Shown: positions 8,261 through 16,978, counted from the stretch's first letter. The stretch is DNA of 36,334 bases from a virus (IMGVR_UViG_3300017774_001282:1-36334), one strand, 5' to 3'. Notes: a model not told the origin generated them from the letters alone. Numbers and translations are program-made.

Positions 8261-10068
8261 ATCTTATACTCGTATTTTAAAAGGTAATAGTCTCTAACAA
8301 TTGGGCTCACTCCGTTCTCGTCAAGGAACTCAACCTTGTCGCTCATCCTCAGGATTACTGGCTCGCTCCTTGGCGTAGGCCTACCACCAGTGTCGTCGTT
8401 CCTGACCTTATCGATGGAGATGTGCGTGAACATGAACTCGTTGTTGTCCTTGATCTTCCTATGGATAGTCACGAAGTTGTCACACCTGTTGTATAAAGCA
8501 CTCCCTCCCTCCGCATCTGTTGCGTGTGGCATGACCTGGTTTCCGTCCTTGTCCTTCTCACGCTGTGCACCTGTGGTGGTGTGGACGGATAAAAACAGGC
8601 TTGTGTTATACTTCTTGGTGAACGTGAGCATTGCGCTGTACGCCTCGTAGTCGTAAGTGTACTTGCTTGCATTGCCAACAAGATCCATCTTAAGGGAGTT
8701 GTACGGGTCAATGAAGATTCCCTTCAGAGATTTGTACTCCATCAACTTTACGGCATGGTCTAGTATGTCCTTGTAGGAGTAGATGTAGTTGGAGGAAAGG
8801 AGGAAGAAGTGCTCGTCTACAAACTTTAGCGCCATCTTGTGCTCAACCTCGTTGAACATCTGTATCCTCTTGCCCATGAAGAACTGCATCAACTTAATCT
8901 TGACGGATGCTGAACTGTTCTCTCCGCAGTACACCATCCAGTTCCAGTCGTGCTTGATAGATGCCAGGAACAGCAGCCAAAGAGTGAGCGTAGACTTGCC
9001 AATGTGAGAGTGTCCCAGGACTGCGTAGAACTCTCCCTCCTTTAGACGGAGGTGGTTGTCGAGGTACTCGTGTCCAAACTCAAGACCTTGTGGTATGAGT
9101 CCAAGCCTAAACTTGTGTATATAGTCCTCGTCCTTCTTGTTGTCCGTAAGGAATGAAAGGTCTTCGCTCTCTATCCCTACAAGTTCTACGGCACTCTTGT
9201 ACTCTGTCTCCATGTCAGCAGCTGGCATAGACATCCCACTTGTCATGGCGTCAGAGATTGTCTTCTCTGCCTGCTTCAAGTCCCTGATGTCTTTCTTGGA
9301 TATCTCGTGCCTTAGGATGTTGAACGCCATGTCGTACTCTACAGTCTTGGTTGCGACAAATCCTCCCATGAGGAATGCAGCCTTGTTTAGTACGTGGTGC
9401 TTCTCGCCATCCTGGGCATTCCTTATCATCCTTACGGCGATGTCTATCTTCTTGTAGTCGGTAGAACCGTCTCCTGTCCTGTAGACAACCTCGCGCTTCT
9501 TCTCGCTGATGATGTCGTAGAAGGTGTCACAGTTCTCGTTGACGTAGATGTCTGGGTCGTAGGAAATGTACAGGACCCTGCTAGGATTCTGTGCGGTAGA
9601 GTCAAGCTCCGGTATCTTGTCAAGCAGTGCGCGGTAGTGTTCGGAGTGCCTGTTGGGGTCACCTATCTTGATCAACCCATGGATGCCGTTTCCTGATGAG
9701 GAAACCCACAGTGCGTAGACGTATGGCAACTGCTTGAGCTGTTCCATCTTGTACTCAATGCTGTGGACCTTGTCGATGTCGATCGGTACAAACCCGGAGT
9801 GTTTCTTGAGAGACCTGTCGTCCCTGTATGACACGTACTTCTTCCCGTCCCTCTCCTTCTCAACTCCATTGGTGAACTCTCCGCAGAAGAGCACGCAAGG
9901 AAGCCTACTCTTCAGCCTCCTGCGTTCGTCTTCGTCTTCTTCTGTACGGATTAACTCTACCTTGTCTCTGTATCTTCCTGTCCTGATTGCGTCGAGAACA
10001 TCCGTCAACCTTACCGGTCGTGGGTCCGAAACGGACGTGATGTCCGAAAACATGGTAACCATAAGCAA
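8257..10068 (-). CDS. Primase-helicase: BT4734/VirE_N-like N-terminal domain plus DnaB/Twinkle-like SF4 helicase
   Basis: LKSRLPCVLFCG, IDID, SSSGNGIH, SYDPDIYVN (BT4734-like); Walker A GHSHIGKS; IFIDPYN Walker B. Confidence 0.88.
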   Translation of the reverse strand: MLMVTMFSDITSVSDPRPVRLTDVLDAIRTGRYRDKVELIRTEEDEDERRRLKSRLPCVLFCGEFTNGVEKERDGKKYVSYRDDRSLKKHSGFVPIDIDKVHSIEYKMEQLKQLPYVYALWVSSSGNGIHGLIKIGDPNRHSEHYRALLDKIPELDSTAQNPSRVLYISYDPDIYVNENCDTFYDIISEKKREVVYRTGDGSTDYKKIDIAVRMIRNAQDGEKHHVLNKAAFLMGGFVATKTVEYDMAFNILRHEISKKDIRDLKQAEKTISDAMTSGMSMPAADMETEYKSAVELVGIESEDLSFLTDNKKDEDYIHKFRLGLIPQGLEFGHEYLDNHLRLKEGEFYAVLGHSHIGKSTLTLWLLFLASIKHDWNWMVYCGENSSASVKIKLMQFFMGKRIQMFNEVEHKMALKFVDEHFFLLSSNYIYSYKDILDHAVKLMEYKSLKGIFIDPYNSLKMDLVGNASKYTYDYEAYSAMLTFTKKYNTSLFLSVHTTTGAQREKDKDGNQVMPHATDAEGGSALYNRCDNFVTIHRKIKDNNEFMFTHISIDKVRNDDTGGRPTPRSEPVILRMSDKVEFLDENGVSPIVRDYYLLKYEYKI

Positions 10069-10094
10069 ACGGTTTTAGATTGTTATAACGTGTG

Positions 10095-10388
10095 TTAGAA
10101 CGGTAGGTCGTCAGAGACGTCGTTGCTCTTTGGTGCAAACGATCTGTTGTCTGACAGTGGAGTGTTGGTTGTCCTGCCCTGGTAGTTAGGGTTTGGAGCA
10201 CCCTCAGGCTTGACATAGGTGTCGATGTAGACGTTGAAGTCTGGAGACTTCTCACTGCTCTTGTACTTGTTTGGCCACGCGTTGTACCTAACGCCGTTGA
10301 CGGTGAAGTTTAAGACTTGTGCAGTCTCTCCTGTTTTCATCTTCACTGTTTTTGCCCAGATGCCGAACTCTGACTTTTTCTTTTCCAT
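10095..10388 (-). CDS. SSB-like protein (DUF736-like)
   Basis: GIW...NKYKSSEKSPDF core and acidic DDLPF tail. Confidence 0.7.
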   Translation of the reverse strand: MEKKKSEFGIWAKTVKMKTGETAQVLNFTVNGVRYNAWPNKYKSSEKSPDFNVYIDTYVKPEGAPNPNYQGRTTNTPLSDNRSFAPKSNDVSDDLPF

Positions 10389-10411
10389 GATTATTGATTT
10401 TTGATTGGTTT

Positions 10412-10449
10412 AAAAATAAACCCATCGGATAGAAATCCAACGGGGGGTT
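10412..10449 (-). terminator. Hairpin/terminator between 10462..10731 and the SSB-like gene
   Basis: Minus strand CCCCCCGTTGGAT-TTCT-ATCCGATGGG followed by TTTATTTTT. Confidence 0.45.
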
Positions 10450-10461
10450 GCTTATGTTACA

Positions 10462-10731
10462 CTATGGATTGATGAGTGTCTCCCAGAGTTGCCTCTTGTT
10501 AGGGTTTGGCTTGACGTTGATCTCCACGTCGAAGCCGTTCTCGTTCAGGACGTCAATGATTGCGCCGAAGGATACCGTCCTCTTGCCACCTGCAGGGGTG
10601 TTGTACTTCCCGTCGTAGTTTGCAAAGAACCAGTAGTGGCGCTTCTTGTGAGCCTGCTCAATCTTGTCAAGTACCTCGGCCACCTGAGGGTAGCTATTCC
10701 TTAGTTTTGGTTTGGTTATTCCTCTGCTCAT
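10462..10731 (-). CDS. Hypothetical protein
   Basis: 89-aa ORF in the operon. Confidence 0.65.
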   Translation of the reverse strand: MSRGITKPKLRNSYPQVAEVLDKIEQAHKKRHYWFFANYDGKYNTPAGGKRTVSFGAIIDVLNENGFDVEINVKPNPNKRQLWETLINP

Positions 10732-10734
10732 GCG

Positions 10735-11103
10735 TTATGTTATTGATATGAGCCTAATGTACTTAAGCTCACCGTTTGTAATCTTTGCGTGGAACGTGTA
10801 CATCTGCTCGTACGGCTTGCCGTAAAACATTACGATCCCTGTGAAGTTGTGTTTCTTAGTTCCAATGTCTACCTTCCTTAACTGCTTGCTAAACAACCCG
10901 TCTTCTGTAGCGTCCACCAACTCGTAGTAGAAGTCCTCGTAGTACAGTTGCCTCTCAGAGTCGATGAAGTACTCAAGGAACTCACGCTCCAAGTCCTTGG
11001 TCTGGAACTCTAGTCCTTCTATGTCAAGAATGTCGTCGTCGTTTAGGCCAGCGACACCCTTGAACAGGTCCTTAGAGATGTATATGTAGTCGTACCTTGA
11101 CAC
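10735..11103 (-). CDS. Hypothetical protein (FQTKDL...HNFTG.V.FY phage family)
   Basis: 122-aa ORF; TAGTTTTG box (11108-11115, -) just upstream. Confidence 0.7.
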   Translation of the reverse strand: MSRYDYIYISKDLFKGVAGLNDDDILDIEGLEFQTKDLEREFLEYFIDSERQLYYEDFYYELVDATEDGLFSKQLRKVDIGTKKHNFTGIVMFYGKPYEQMYTFHAKITNGELKYIRLISIT

Positions 11104-11139
11104 ATTGCAAAACTACAACATGTTTGCATCTATGCAAGA

Positions 11140-11898
11140 TTAGTTTTCCACATGCCACGGAAGTGAGATGACCACCTCACCTGCATGGTCGTAGCCTCCG
11201 GAGAAGTCGCCAGACTCTAAGCATTTCGCGAACTGCGAATTAAGTTTATCCAGCTCGCTGACACCAAGCTCGTTGTACCTGTAGTCGGTAGGTGCGCAGT
11301 ACGAAAGGTACGGCTCAGACGTCTCAACGATTACGTAGATGACCATCTTCTGGCTGATCATTCCGTAGAGTCCTGCCTGAATGTGGTACTTACGCCTGAC
11401 GAAGTCGCTCATTACACTCCTTGGATGTCCGTCAGAGGTTGTCTTGATCTCCACGATGTAGTCGTCTGCAACCCCGTCGTAGAATCCCCTGTACGGAAGG
11501 CCGTCAATCTCTGCCCTCCACTCGTGCTCGAAGTCGTAGCATCCCTTGATCAGCATGGAGACGTTGTCGTTACTCATGGCGTTGCCGGACAGCCTGCGTG
11601 CATGCTCGAAGTCTTCGTTGCTTACCACGGTCTTGTCGGCGTGTTGACTACAGAACGTAGCCCACTCCTCCTTGCCTGCGTTAGTACGCTTGTTTACGTC
11701 CGGTGCAACCACAAACTGTTTGTTGAACAGGTCTGGCGTAAGCATCATGCAGTGGACCATTGATCCAAGCTTCATAGCGTCCGATGGTGGAGTCCTCTGC
11801 TTGGTGATGTAGTTCAGGTAGTGCTGTGGTGACTTCTGAAACTCCTTGATGGAGCTGAAGCTAAGTGGTCTCTCGATAAGCGTGTCAATTGTAATCAT
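11140..11898 (-). CDS. PD-(D/E)xK exonuclease, DUF3799/RecE (exonuclease VIII)-like
   Basis: LSFSSIK..SP.HY, LGSMVH, KRT.AGKE.W, G.YD...IVEIKTT and YHIQAGLY motifs. Confidence 0.88.
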   Translation of the reverse strand: MITIDTLIERPLSFSSIKEFQKSPQHYLNYITKQRTPPSDAMKLGSMVHCMMLTPDLFNKQFVVAPDVNKRTNAGKEEWATFCSQHADKTVVSNEDFEHARRLSGNAMSNDNVSMLIKGCYDFEHEWRAEIDGLPYRGFYDGVADDYIVEIKTTSDGHPRSVMSDFVRRKYHIQAGLYGMISQKMVIYVIVETSEPYLSYCAPTDYRYNELGVSELDKLNSQFAKCLESGDFSGGYDHAGEVVISLPWHVEN

Positions 11899-11907
11899 AA
11901 TGTGTTA

Positions 11908-12003
11908 TTAAAGTATCAAATGTGTACGGATTTGTTCCGTACAGTTCCGGTTGCACTTGGCATCCTCATAGCCTGCGTTGTAGGAGTCGATGATAATCTT
12001 CAT
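11908..12003 (-). CDS. Small hypothetical peptide (31 aa, not in ORF track)
   Basis: MKIIIDSYNAGYEDAKCNRNCTEQIRTHLIL; AAAATCAAACAAA leader before the ATG. Confidence 0.4.
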   Translation of the reverse strand: MKIIIDSYNAGYEDAKCNRNCTEQIRTHLIL

Positions 12004-12189
12004 TTTGTTTGATTTTAAAACAATTGATTGTTTGATTTTAGAACAAAAAGTTTGCTACACTCTGGCAGTAGCCTCCCACCTGTAGGCCTTATCCTTTGTC
12101 ACAGTATCCCCGTTTTGTCAGGATGAGCAGGCCAACTATGTCTATCCCAACCCAAGTGCGTGGGTGCAAGGTTTAATGAGACTAACGGG

Positions 12190-12744
12190 TTAATTACTTG
12201 ACATCAGCTTGGTCTCGATAGCCTTGCTGACCTTAAACTTCTTCCTTACGTCTGCAACCGTGTATCCACTCTTCAACGAAGCTACCACCTTTGCCCACTC
12301 CGAAGAGCTCTCGTTCAGCCAAGGTAGCTCGTTTCCCTCCGAAACATTTTTGGTTTGGGTTACGTTAGCAGACGCCTTGTTGCCGTCATCGTCCTCGTCA
12401 GACACTGTCAGGTTGAGGAGTCCGGTCAGGCTGTACCTCTTAGCATAGGTTACGGCAGATCCGTAGTCCTGTGCGGTGTGCTTCCCTACCACCACAGGGA
12501 ACTCAGAGTATAGACTCTCTCCCGTCTCTACGTGGTAAACAGTGGACACCACGATCGCCTGTCCATCCACCCACCTTGTTGGTTGTGATATAACCAGTCC
12601 AGCCTCAGCCAGTGGCTTCCTGATGTGCTCCTGTATTGCGTCCAGTGTTGCATACTTGGACTTAAAGAATGGGTTGCTCGCGTCCTTTACAATCGGTCCG
12701 CAGAGTGTGTTGAATTTCGCTAACGCTTTCAGTAGATTCTTCAT
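12190..12744 (-). CDS. erf: ERF-family single-strand annealing recombinase
   Basis: KDASNPFFKSKYATL, QDYGSAVTYAKRYSL and DDDG motifs. Confidence 0.92.
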   Translation of the reverse strand: MKNLLKALAKFNTLCGPIVKDASNPFFKSKYATLDAIQEHIRKPLAEAGLVISQPTRWVDGQAIVVSTVYHVETGESLYSEFPVVVGKHTAQDYGSAVTYAKRYSLTGLLNLTVSDEDDDGNKASANVTQTKNVSEGNELPWLNESSSEWAKVVASLKSGYTVADVRKKFKVSKAIETKLMSSN

Positions 12745-12789
12745 CTTATATTTGTTTAATTGTTTACGGTTATACCTGAAAAAAGTCCT

Positions 12790-13315
12790 ATAGTTTACAT
12801 ATTATTACGGCTATACCTTACAAAAAAGAAATGTTGCGACCAGACAGGAACAGCGTTCGATACAAAGGCGCCGTTTACGACAGGACATAGAAAGTCCTAT
12901 ATAAGGGCAGCGACCTGTAAGGCCTCGGCGAGTTTACACCACGTACTGCAACGTCATGCTCTCACTTCGCAGGCTGGCTACTATATACCTGCGCCGTTCG
13001 GCTTCGCTACTAACTCGTGGTCGGGACACGTCCCCCTTTCGGACTGTTCGTCTACACTCTCACCTGATCAACCTCACATAGACTTACGCTGTTACTTCAG
13101 CACCACCAACATGTAACGCCATTTCTGGAACGCCTTCCACCTGCATTGCCTTCCGGTACGATAGTGCGCATGATTCCGGTATGCGTTGTAGGTAGAGCCA
13201 ATCTGATTGAGGGGTAAAAAAGAACCCACACAGGTTGCAGCTGTATGGGTCTAATAAAAGAGGGTTCTCTTAAATCAAACCCGAATAAATACTGCAACTA
13301 TCTAATCGGATCGAC
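12790..13315 (-). ncRNA. Candidate large structured ncRNA / regulatory leader
   Basis: No credible ORF; downstream of a full promoter; many hairpins; internal terminator. Confidence 0.45.
13216..13250 (-). terminator. Attenuator-like intrinsic terminator
   Basis: ACCCATACAG-CTGCAAC-CTGTGTGGGT then TCTTTTTT on the minus strand, ~65-100 nt after the promoter. Confidence 0.7.
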
Positions 13316-13319
13316 AATG

Positions 13320-13350
13320 CAAAGATATAAATACTTTGGATACCACCAAA
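13320..13350 (-). promoter_or_regulatory. Bacteroidota promoter (-33 TTTG, -7 TATCTTTG)
   Basis: TTTG (13347-13350, -), 19-nt spacer, TAnnTTTG (13320-13327, -). Confidence 0.8.
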
Positions 13351-13355
13351 AATAT

Positions 13356-13616
13356 TTATGGTATGCTTGTGATGTGGATTGGAGTGAACTCCCCGACGTA
13401 CGCGCACAGGATGTTAAACTCCACATAATCAATGACATCGTCCATTGTTACGTCATCTGTAGGGTCCTGCTTCCAGCCATCGTACAGTACCTCCTGTATC
13501 TTGTTGACGTCGTACACCACCACTCCGTTGGTTGTGAGGCCTATGATAGCTTCGTCCAGGTCGTCCCATAGGATCGCGTCCGGGTTAAACTGCGCAATGA
13601 ATTCTCTCTTGTCCAT
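13356..13616 (-). CDS. Conserved phage hypothetical protein (D.LDEAIIG...VVYD...FNI..AYVGE.TP)
   Basis: 86-aa ORF with a recognisable widespread phage motif. Confidence 0.75.
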   Translation of the reverse strand: MDKREFIAQFNPDAILWDDLDEAIIGLTTNGVVVYDVNKIQEVLYDGWKQDPTDDVTMDDVIDYVEFNILCAYVGEFTPIHITSIP

Positions 13617-13621
13617 GTTGT

Positions 13622-13882
13622 TTATTTGTATAGGTCATCTATCGATATTGACTCCTCCTGTAACATCTCGTAGAACTTTGAGTAGACCATGTCCACCGCG
13701 TCGTAGCAGTCAAACGATGGGTCTTTCTGTTGCTCTTCCTCTATGCTGTACTTGATCCCCTTCTTGGTGTTGTACATGAAGTGCCATATAACCTTTGCCA
13801 TGTCTAGAGACTTTACGCACCTGGCGTGCTCTTCCCTGTCGTCTGGGTCTGTCAAATTGAATCTAAGTGTTGCTGTTGCCAT
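13622..13882 (-). CDS. Hypothetical protein
   Basis: MATATLRFNLTDPDDREEH..; ATG 13882 with A-rich leader. Confidence 0.7.
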   Translation of the reverse strand: MATATLRFNLTDPDDREEHARCVKSLDMAKVIWHFMYNTKKGIKYSIEEEQQKDPSFDCYDAVDMVYSKFYEMLQEESISIDDLYK

Positions 13883-13979
13883 GTTTTGTAGTTTATTTGT
13901 CAGCTTTATCCTGACGTGATTGATATAATTCGTTATAGTAATCCTCCATTGCTTTATACTTATTTGCAACTTTTGATGA

Positions 13980-14666
13980 TCACTTGATCGTTATTACGTT
14001 CCCAAGAGACGTTAGGCCTAGGTCAAACTTTCCATCGTGAACGCATGCCCCGTTAGAAAATATGGTAGGGCACTTGCTGTACAGTGACTTCCCTTGGTTG
14101 TGTATCCCAGACATGTCGTGGATGTGGCCAAACAGGTGAGCCTTTGGCCTGAAGGATGCTATCCACTTCATAAGTGACAGGTCTCCACACTGCTCCAGTT
14201 GTCCATTCATGTTTTCTGAAAGGTCTCTGACACCCTTTGGAGGTCCGTGTGTTATCAGTATGTCTATGTCTTGTGGCATTACGGACCATAGCTTGTGCAT
14301 GTTATTCCTTGACTTCATGAACGACCAATCTCCAAATGTAGGAGTGTACGGGGAGCCAAAGATTTTGAGGTCGCAAATTACGACCAGTTCGTGCTCAAGG
14401 TATGTAATCCCACGATCAGAGAAGTTCTCCCTCGTGATAAGCCTCCTCTCAATGCTTGTGTCGTGGTTTCCAGCCACGTATACCTTGTGCTCTACAGGTA
14501 CATCCCTGTACCACTCAAGGAAGTCAAACACCTCGATTGAATTACGTGCAGAGTCTCTCCAGTTCGAGCAGTCTCCGGAGTGTATAACCATGTCGATGCC
14601 TTCAAAGATGTGTGCAGGTAGGTCTCTGTGGAATCCGTGCGTGTCGCTCAGGTGTAAAATTTTCAT
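13980..14666 (-). CDS. Metallophosphoesterase (MPPED2/239FB-like)
   Basis: SDTH, IHSGD, AGNHD, GSPYTP, LITHGPP and FGHIH motifs. Confidence 0.92.
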   Translation of the reverse strand: MKILHLSDTHGFHRDLPAHIFEGIDMVIHSGDCSNWRDSARNSIEVFDFLEWYRDVPVEHKVYVAGNHDTSIERRLITRENFSDRGITYLEHELVVICDLKIFGSPYTPTFGDWSFMKSRNNMHKLWSVMPQDIDILITHGPPKGVRDLSENMNGQLEQCGDLSLMKWIASFRPKAHLFGHIHDMSGIHNQGKSLYSKCPTIFSNGACVHDGKFDLGLTSLGNVITIK

Positions 14667-15058
14667 TTCTCCATTTTTAAGATTAGGTAAAGTAGTGCGC
14701 TGTAATTGGCCAGGTCTACCACGCTATCCTGCACGGACTCATTGTGAGCATGCTTGCCTGAGTTTAGCAGTTGACCAAGCCTAGCTACCTTAGTGCCGAT
14801 GAGGTTCAAGCAATTGATTGCGTCGGGGTGGTCAGACGTTTGGTTGACTATCATGCCTGCCAGTCTAAAATTAGAGAGAAGGTCAGCACCAGCGTAGTCG
14901 CTACCCTTAGCGGTCAATATCTTTCTCTGCTCGTTAAATAGTTCTTCCACGTACTTGTCCCTGTCTTCTACAGTTAGAGGCGCGTGGCAATACACAGGTC
15001 CAACCTTTGAAAGTAGTGGCGTGTTTAATATTGCGTCCTTAATTGTTTTAAATGTCAT
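14663..15058 (-). CDS. Nucleotide modification associated domain 1 (Nmad1/DUF1599)-like protein
   Basis: K..DYA...LSNF...KVARL...ESVQDSVVDLANY motif. Confidence 0.75.
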   Translation of the reverse strand: MTFKTIKDAILNTPLLSKVGPVYCHAPLTVEDRDKYVEELFNEQRKILTAKGSDYAGADLLSNFRLAGMIVNQTSDHPDAINCLNLIGTKVARLGQLLNSGKHAHNESVQDSVVDLANYSALLYLILKMEK

Positions 15059-15312
15059 AGTGTTGGGAATGTGTGTTTGATGTAATCGTCTGCATCTGCG
15101 TAGTCGTCAGAAGAGTATGCGCTAAAGTGTGGTATGTTGCCCTGTCCATCGAGCCATGCGTCTGATATCTCCTTCTTGTTAAGGTCTAGTAGGTACATGG
15201 CGTGACTCTCTATGACGGACACATATGTCCTTGCCATGTCGCCATCCTCAGGCTTCATCATTTTCTTAATGTTTTCTATCTCCTCCAAAAGGAATTGTAT
15301 TGATGTCCTCAT
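15055..15312 (-). CDS. Hypothetical protein
   Basis: 85-aa ORF, coupled overlap. Confidence 0.65.
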   Translation of the reverse strand: MRTSIQFLLEEIENIKKMMKPEDGDMARTYVSVIESHAMYLLDLNKKEISDAWLDGQGNIPHFSAYSSDDYADADDYIKHTFPTL

Positions 15313-15560
15313 TGTTTATAGATTGGGTGGTTATTCATTAATGCCTCAAAGTCTCTTATGTCCATGTAGACCATCATTCCAGACCCGTCCTTGAACGATA
15401 TGTACGTCAACCCTTCCGGCTCCACTGATGGCCGGTATGATGATATAGTGAACGGGTTGACCATCTCGTACGTGTCTATCTCAAGTTCAGTCCCCATCAA
15501 CTCGTTCTGATCCTTGTTGTGCACCCGAATGGGTAGCTTTACAAACTTTGTACTAAACAT
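15309..15560 (-). CDS. Hypothetical protein
   Basis: 83-aa ORF, coupled overlap. Confidence 0.65.
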   Translation of the reverse strand: MFSTKFVKLPIRVHNKDQNELMGTELEIDTYEMVNPFTISSYRPSVEPEGLTYISFKDGSGMMVYMDIRDFEALMNNHPIYKQ

Positions 15561-15864
15561 TTTCTATTGATTTTAAGTAGTTAACAATTAAGTCCTCTAG
15601 CTCTCCTTGGTACTGCTCCGGCATCGAGGATAATAGCCGAATAACTCCGTCATACCTAAGGGTGTCTACCGTCTTGGAGACGTCCTGCTTTGCCTTGATG
15701 TCCATGTTTGTCTTTATCCACCTGAGTCTGTCACGTATAACACGCATTACATCCCTTGCAGACTTAGACAGCGTGTCGTCCACTAGCATGTCCTCCGCGT
15801 AGATCAGGGCATTGCACACGTTGACGTATACTAGGTAGATTGATTCCTGTTGTCCCTCTGTCAT
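15553..15864 (-). CDS. Hypothetical protein
   Basis: 103-aa ORF in the operon. Confidence 0.65.
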   Translation of the reverse strand: MTEGQQESIYLVYVNVCNALIYAEDMLVDDTLSKSARDVMRVIRDRLRWIKTNMDIKAKQDVSKTVDTLRYDGVIRLLSSMPEQYQGELEDLIVNYLKSIENV

Positions 15865-15865
15865 G

Positions 15866-16228
15866 TTACTTATGAATTAATCGTTCAATAAGTTCGTCAG
15901 CCTTAGACTTAAAGGCCTCTTCGGTGTCGTACAGGTTACTGTACCTATTGATTGAGCTGATAACTGTCGTGTGGTCTCTGCCTCCAAGGAATGTCCTGCC
16001 TACCTCAGACAGCGTCATGCCCATCTTCTTGACCAGCACCCAAGATATTACATGCCTCGCCTCAACAACATCCCTCTTACGGCTCTTACCCTTTATGTCC
16101 TCATTGCTTACGCAGTACGTCTCGCACACAGCATCTATGATGTCCTCTGACTTAATCTTGTACGACATTGCAAAGTACTTTGCCGGCACTTTAACCCCCT
16201 TTAAACCTGGTATCACGTATGGACTCAT
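15866..16228 (-). CDS. DnaA C-terminal (domain IV) HTH-like protein
   Basis: IIDAVC..Y.V..EDI.GKSRKRDVVEARH...L.EVG..FLGGRDHTTVI signature of Bac_DnaA_C. Confidence 0.88.
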   Translation of the reverse strand: MSPYVIPGLKGVKVPAKYFAMSYKIKSEDIIDAVCETYCVSNEDIKGKSRKRDVVEARHVISWVLVKKMGMTLSEVGRTFLGGRDHTTVISSINRYSNLYDTEEAFKSKADELIERLIHK

Positions 16229-16230
16229 TT

Positions 16231-16452
16231 TTATGTTATTTGGAATATCCCAATGTTTGTAACCTCTGCAATCGTTGTTGATTCTAAGCAGTATACCGAC
16301 ACCTTGTTCCCGTTAGTAATTATGGAGTACCGGAAGCCATATGCCTCCGGTATTGAACTCCATGGTAACTCTGCCACGAATGTAGTGTCCTTGAACTGGT
16401 CTAACTCAGACAGCACATTGACGGCTACACGTAGCCTATCCATTCTGGTCAT
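16231..16452 (-). CDS. Hypothetical protein
   Basis: 73-aa ORF in the operon. Confidence 0.55.
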   Translation of the reverse strand: MTRMDRLRVAVNVLSELDQFKDTTFVAELPWSSIPEAYGFRYSIITNGNKVSVYCLESTTIAEVTNIGIFQIT

Positions 16453-16700
16453 ATGACCAAGATTGTGGTGGACAACACGTGGCGCTTAAGGATGCGCTCA
16501 TCCTCAAGACCAACGCCACCGATAAGGGTTATAACAAACTCGCCACCAATGTCCGATATAGTCTCAGACATGTCAGAAAGCATTGTGGTGTAGTAGTCCA
16601 TTGCGTCGGTATGCTTGTCAAATTCCTTGTCAAACCTGTTTGGTTCAGTGTAGTTAGTCAGTTCGATGTTTGGGCTGAATTGTCCAATTACTTTGTACAT
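16449..16700 (-). CDS. Hypothetical protein
   Basis: 83-aa ORF in the operon. Confidence 0.6.
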   Translation of the reverse strand: MYKVIGQFSPNIELTNYTEPNRFDKEFDKHTDAMDYYTTMLSDMSETISDIGGEFVITLIGGVGLEDERILKRHVLSTTILVI

Positions 16701-16978
16701 GTTGATTCTTTTTTGCGATTAAATAATATTGTGTATTGCTCGTTGACTAACTCATTCTGCCTCTTCTCTACGTACTCAGCCACATGCTCAGGTGTGCATG
16801 CCGTCCTTCCACGTATGGAGTCGATGAGGTAGTTAACAAGGGACTCGTAGCTTCCAAGTTGACCTATGGCTAGGGTAAGGTGTTCCTCGTTTCTGCGCAG
16901 TGATTGAAGTAAAATGTTGTCCATAATCATGAGTGTAAAGTTAAACAATTGATTGTTTGCAAGCAAATTAATCCTCAA
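16688..16978 (-). CDS. Hypothetical protein (start uncertain)
   Basis: 96-aa ORF in the operon. Confidence 0.55.
   Translation of the reverse strand: MRINLLANNQLFNFTLMIMDNILLQSLRRNEEHLTLAIGQLGSYESLVNYLIDSIRGRTACTPEHVAEYVEKRQNELVNEQYTILFNRKKESTCTK

Noticed and set aside
12085-12130. SAM-I-like P1 (CUCAUC...GAUAAG)
   Set aside because: No kink-turn, P3 GCAAC or other SAM-I core elements between the strands
12760-13297. ORF-track ORFs 12760..13116 (+) and 13097..13297 (-)
   Set aside because: Atypical composition, no A-rich leader, and they overlap a terminator and hairpin-rich DNA; a non-coding reading is preferred
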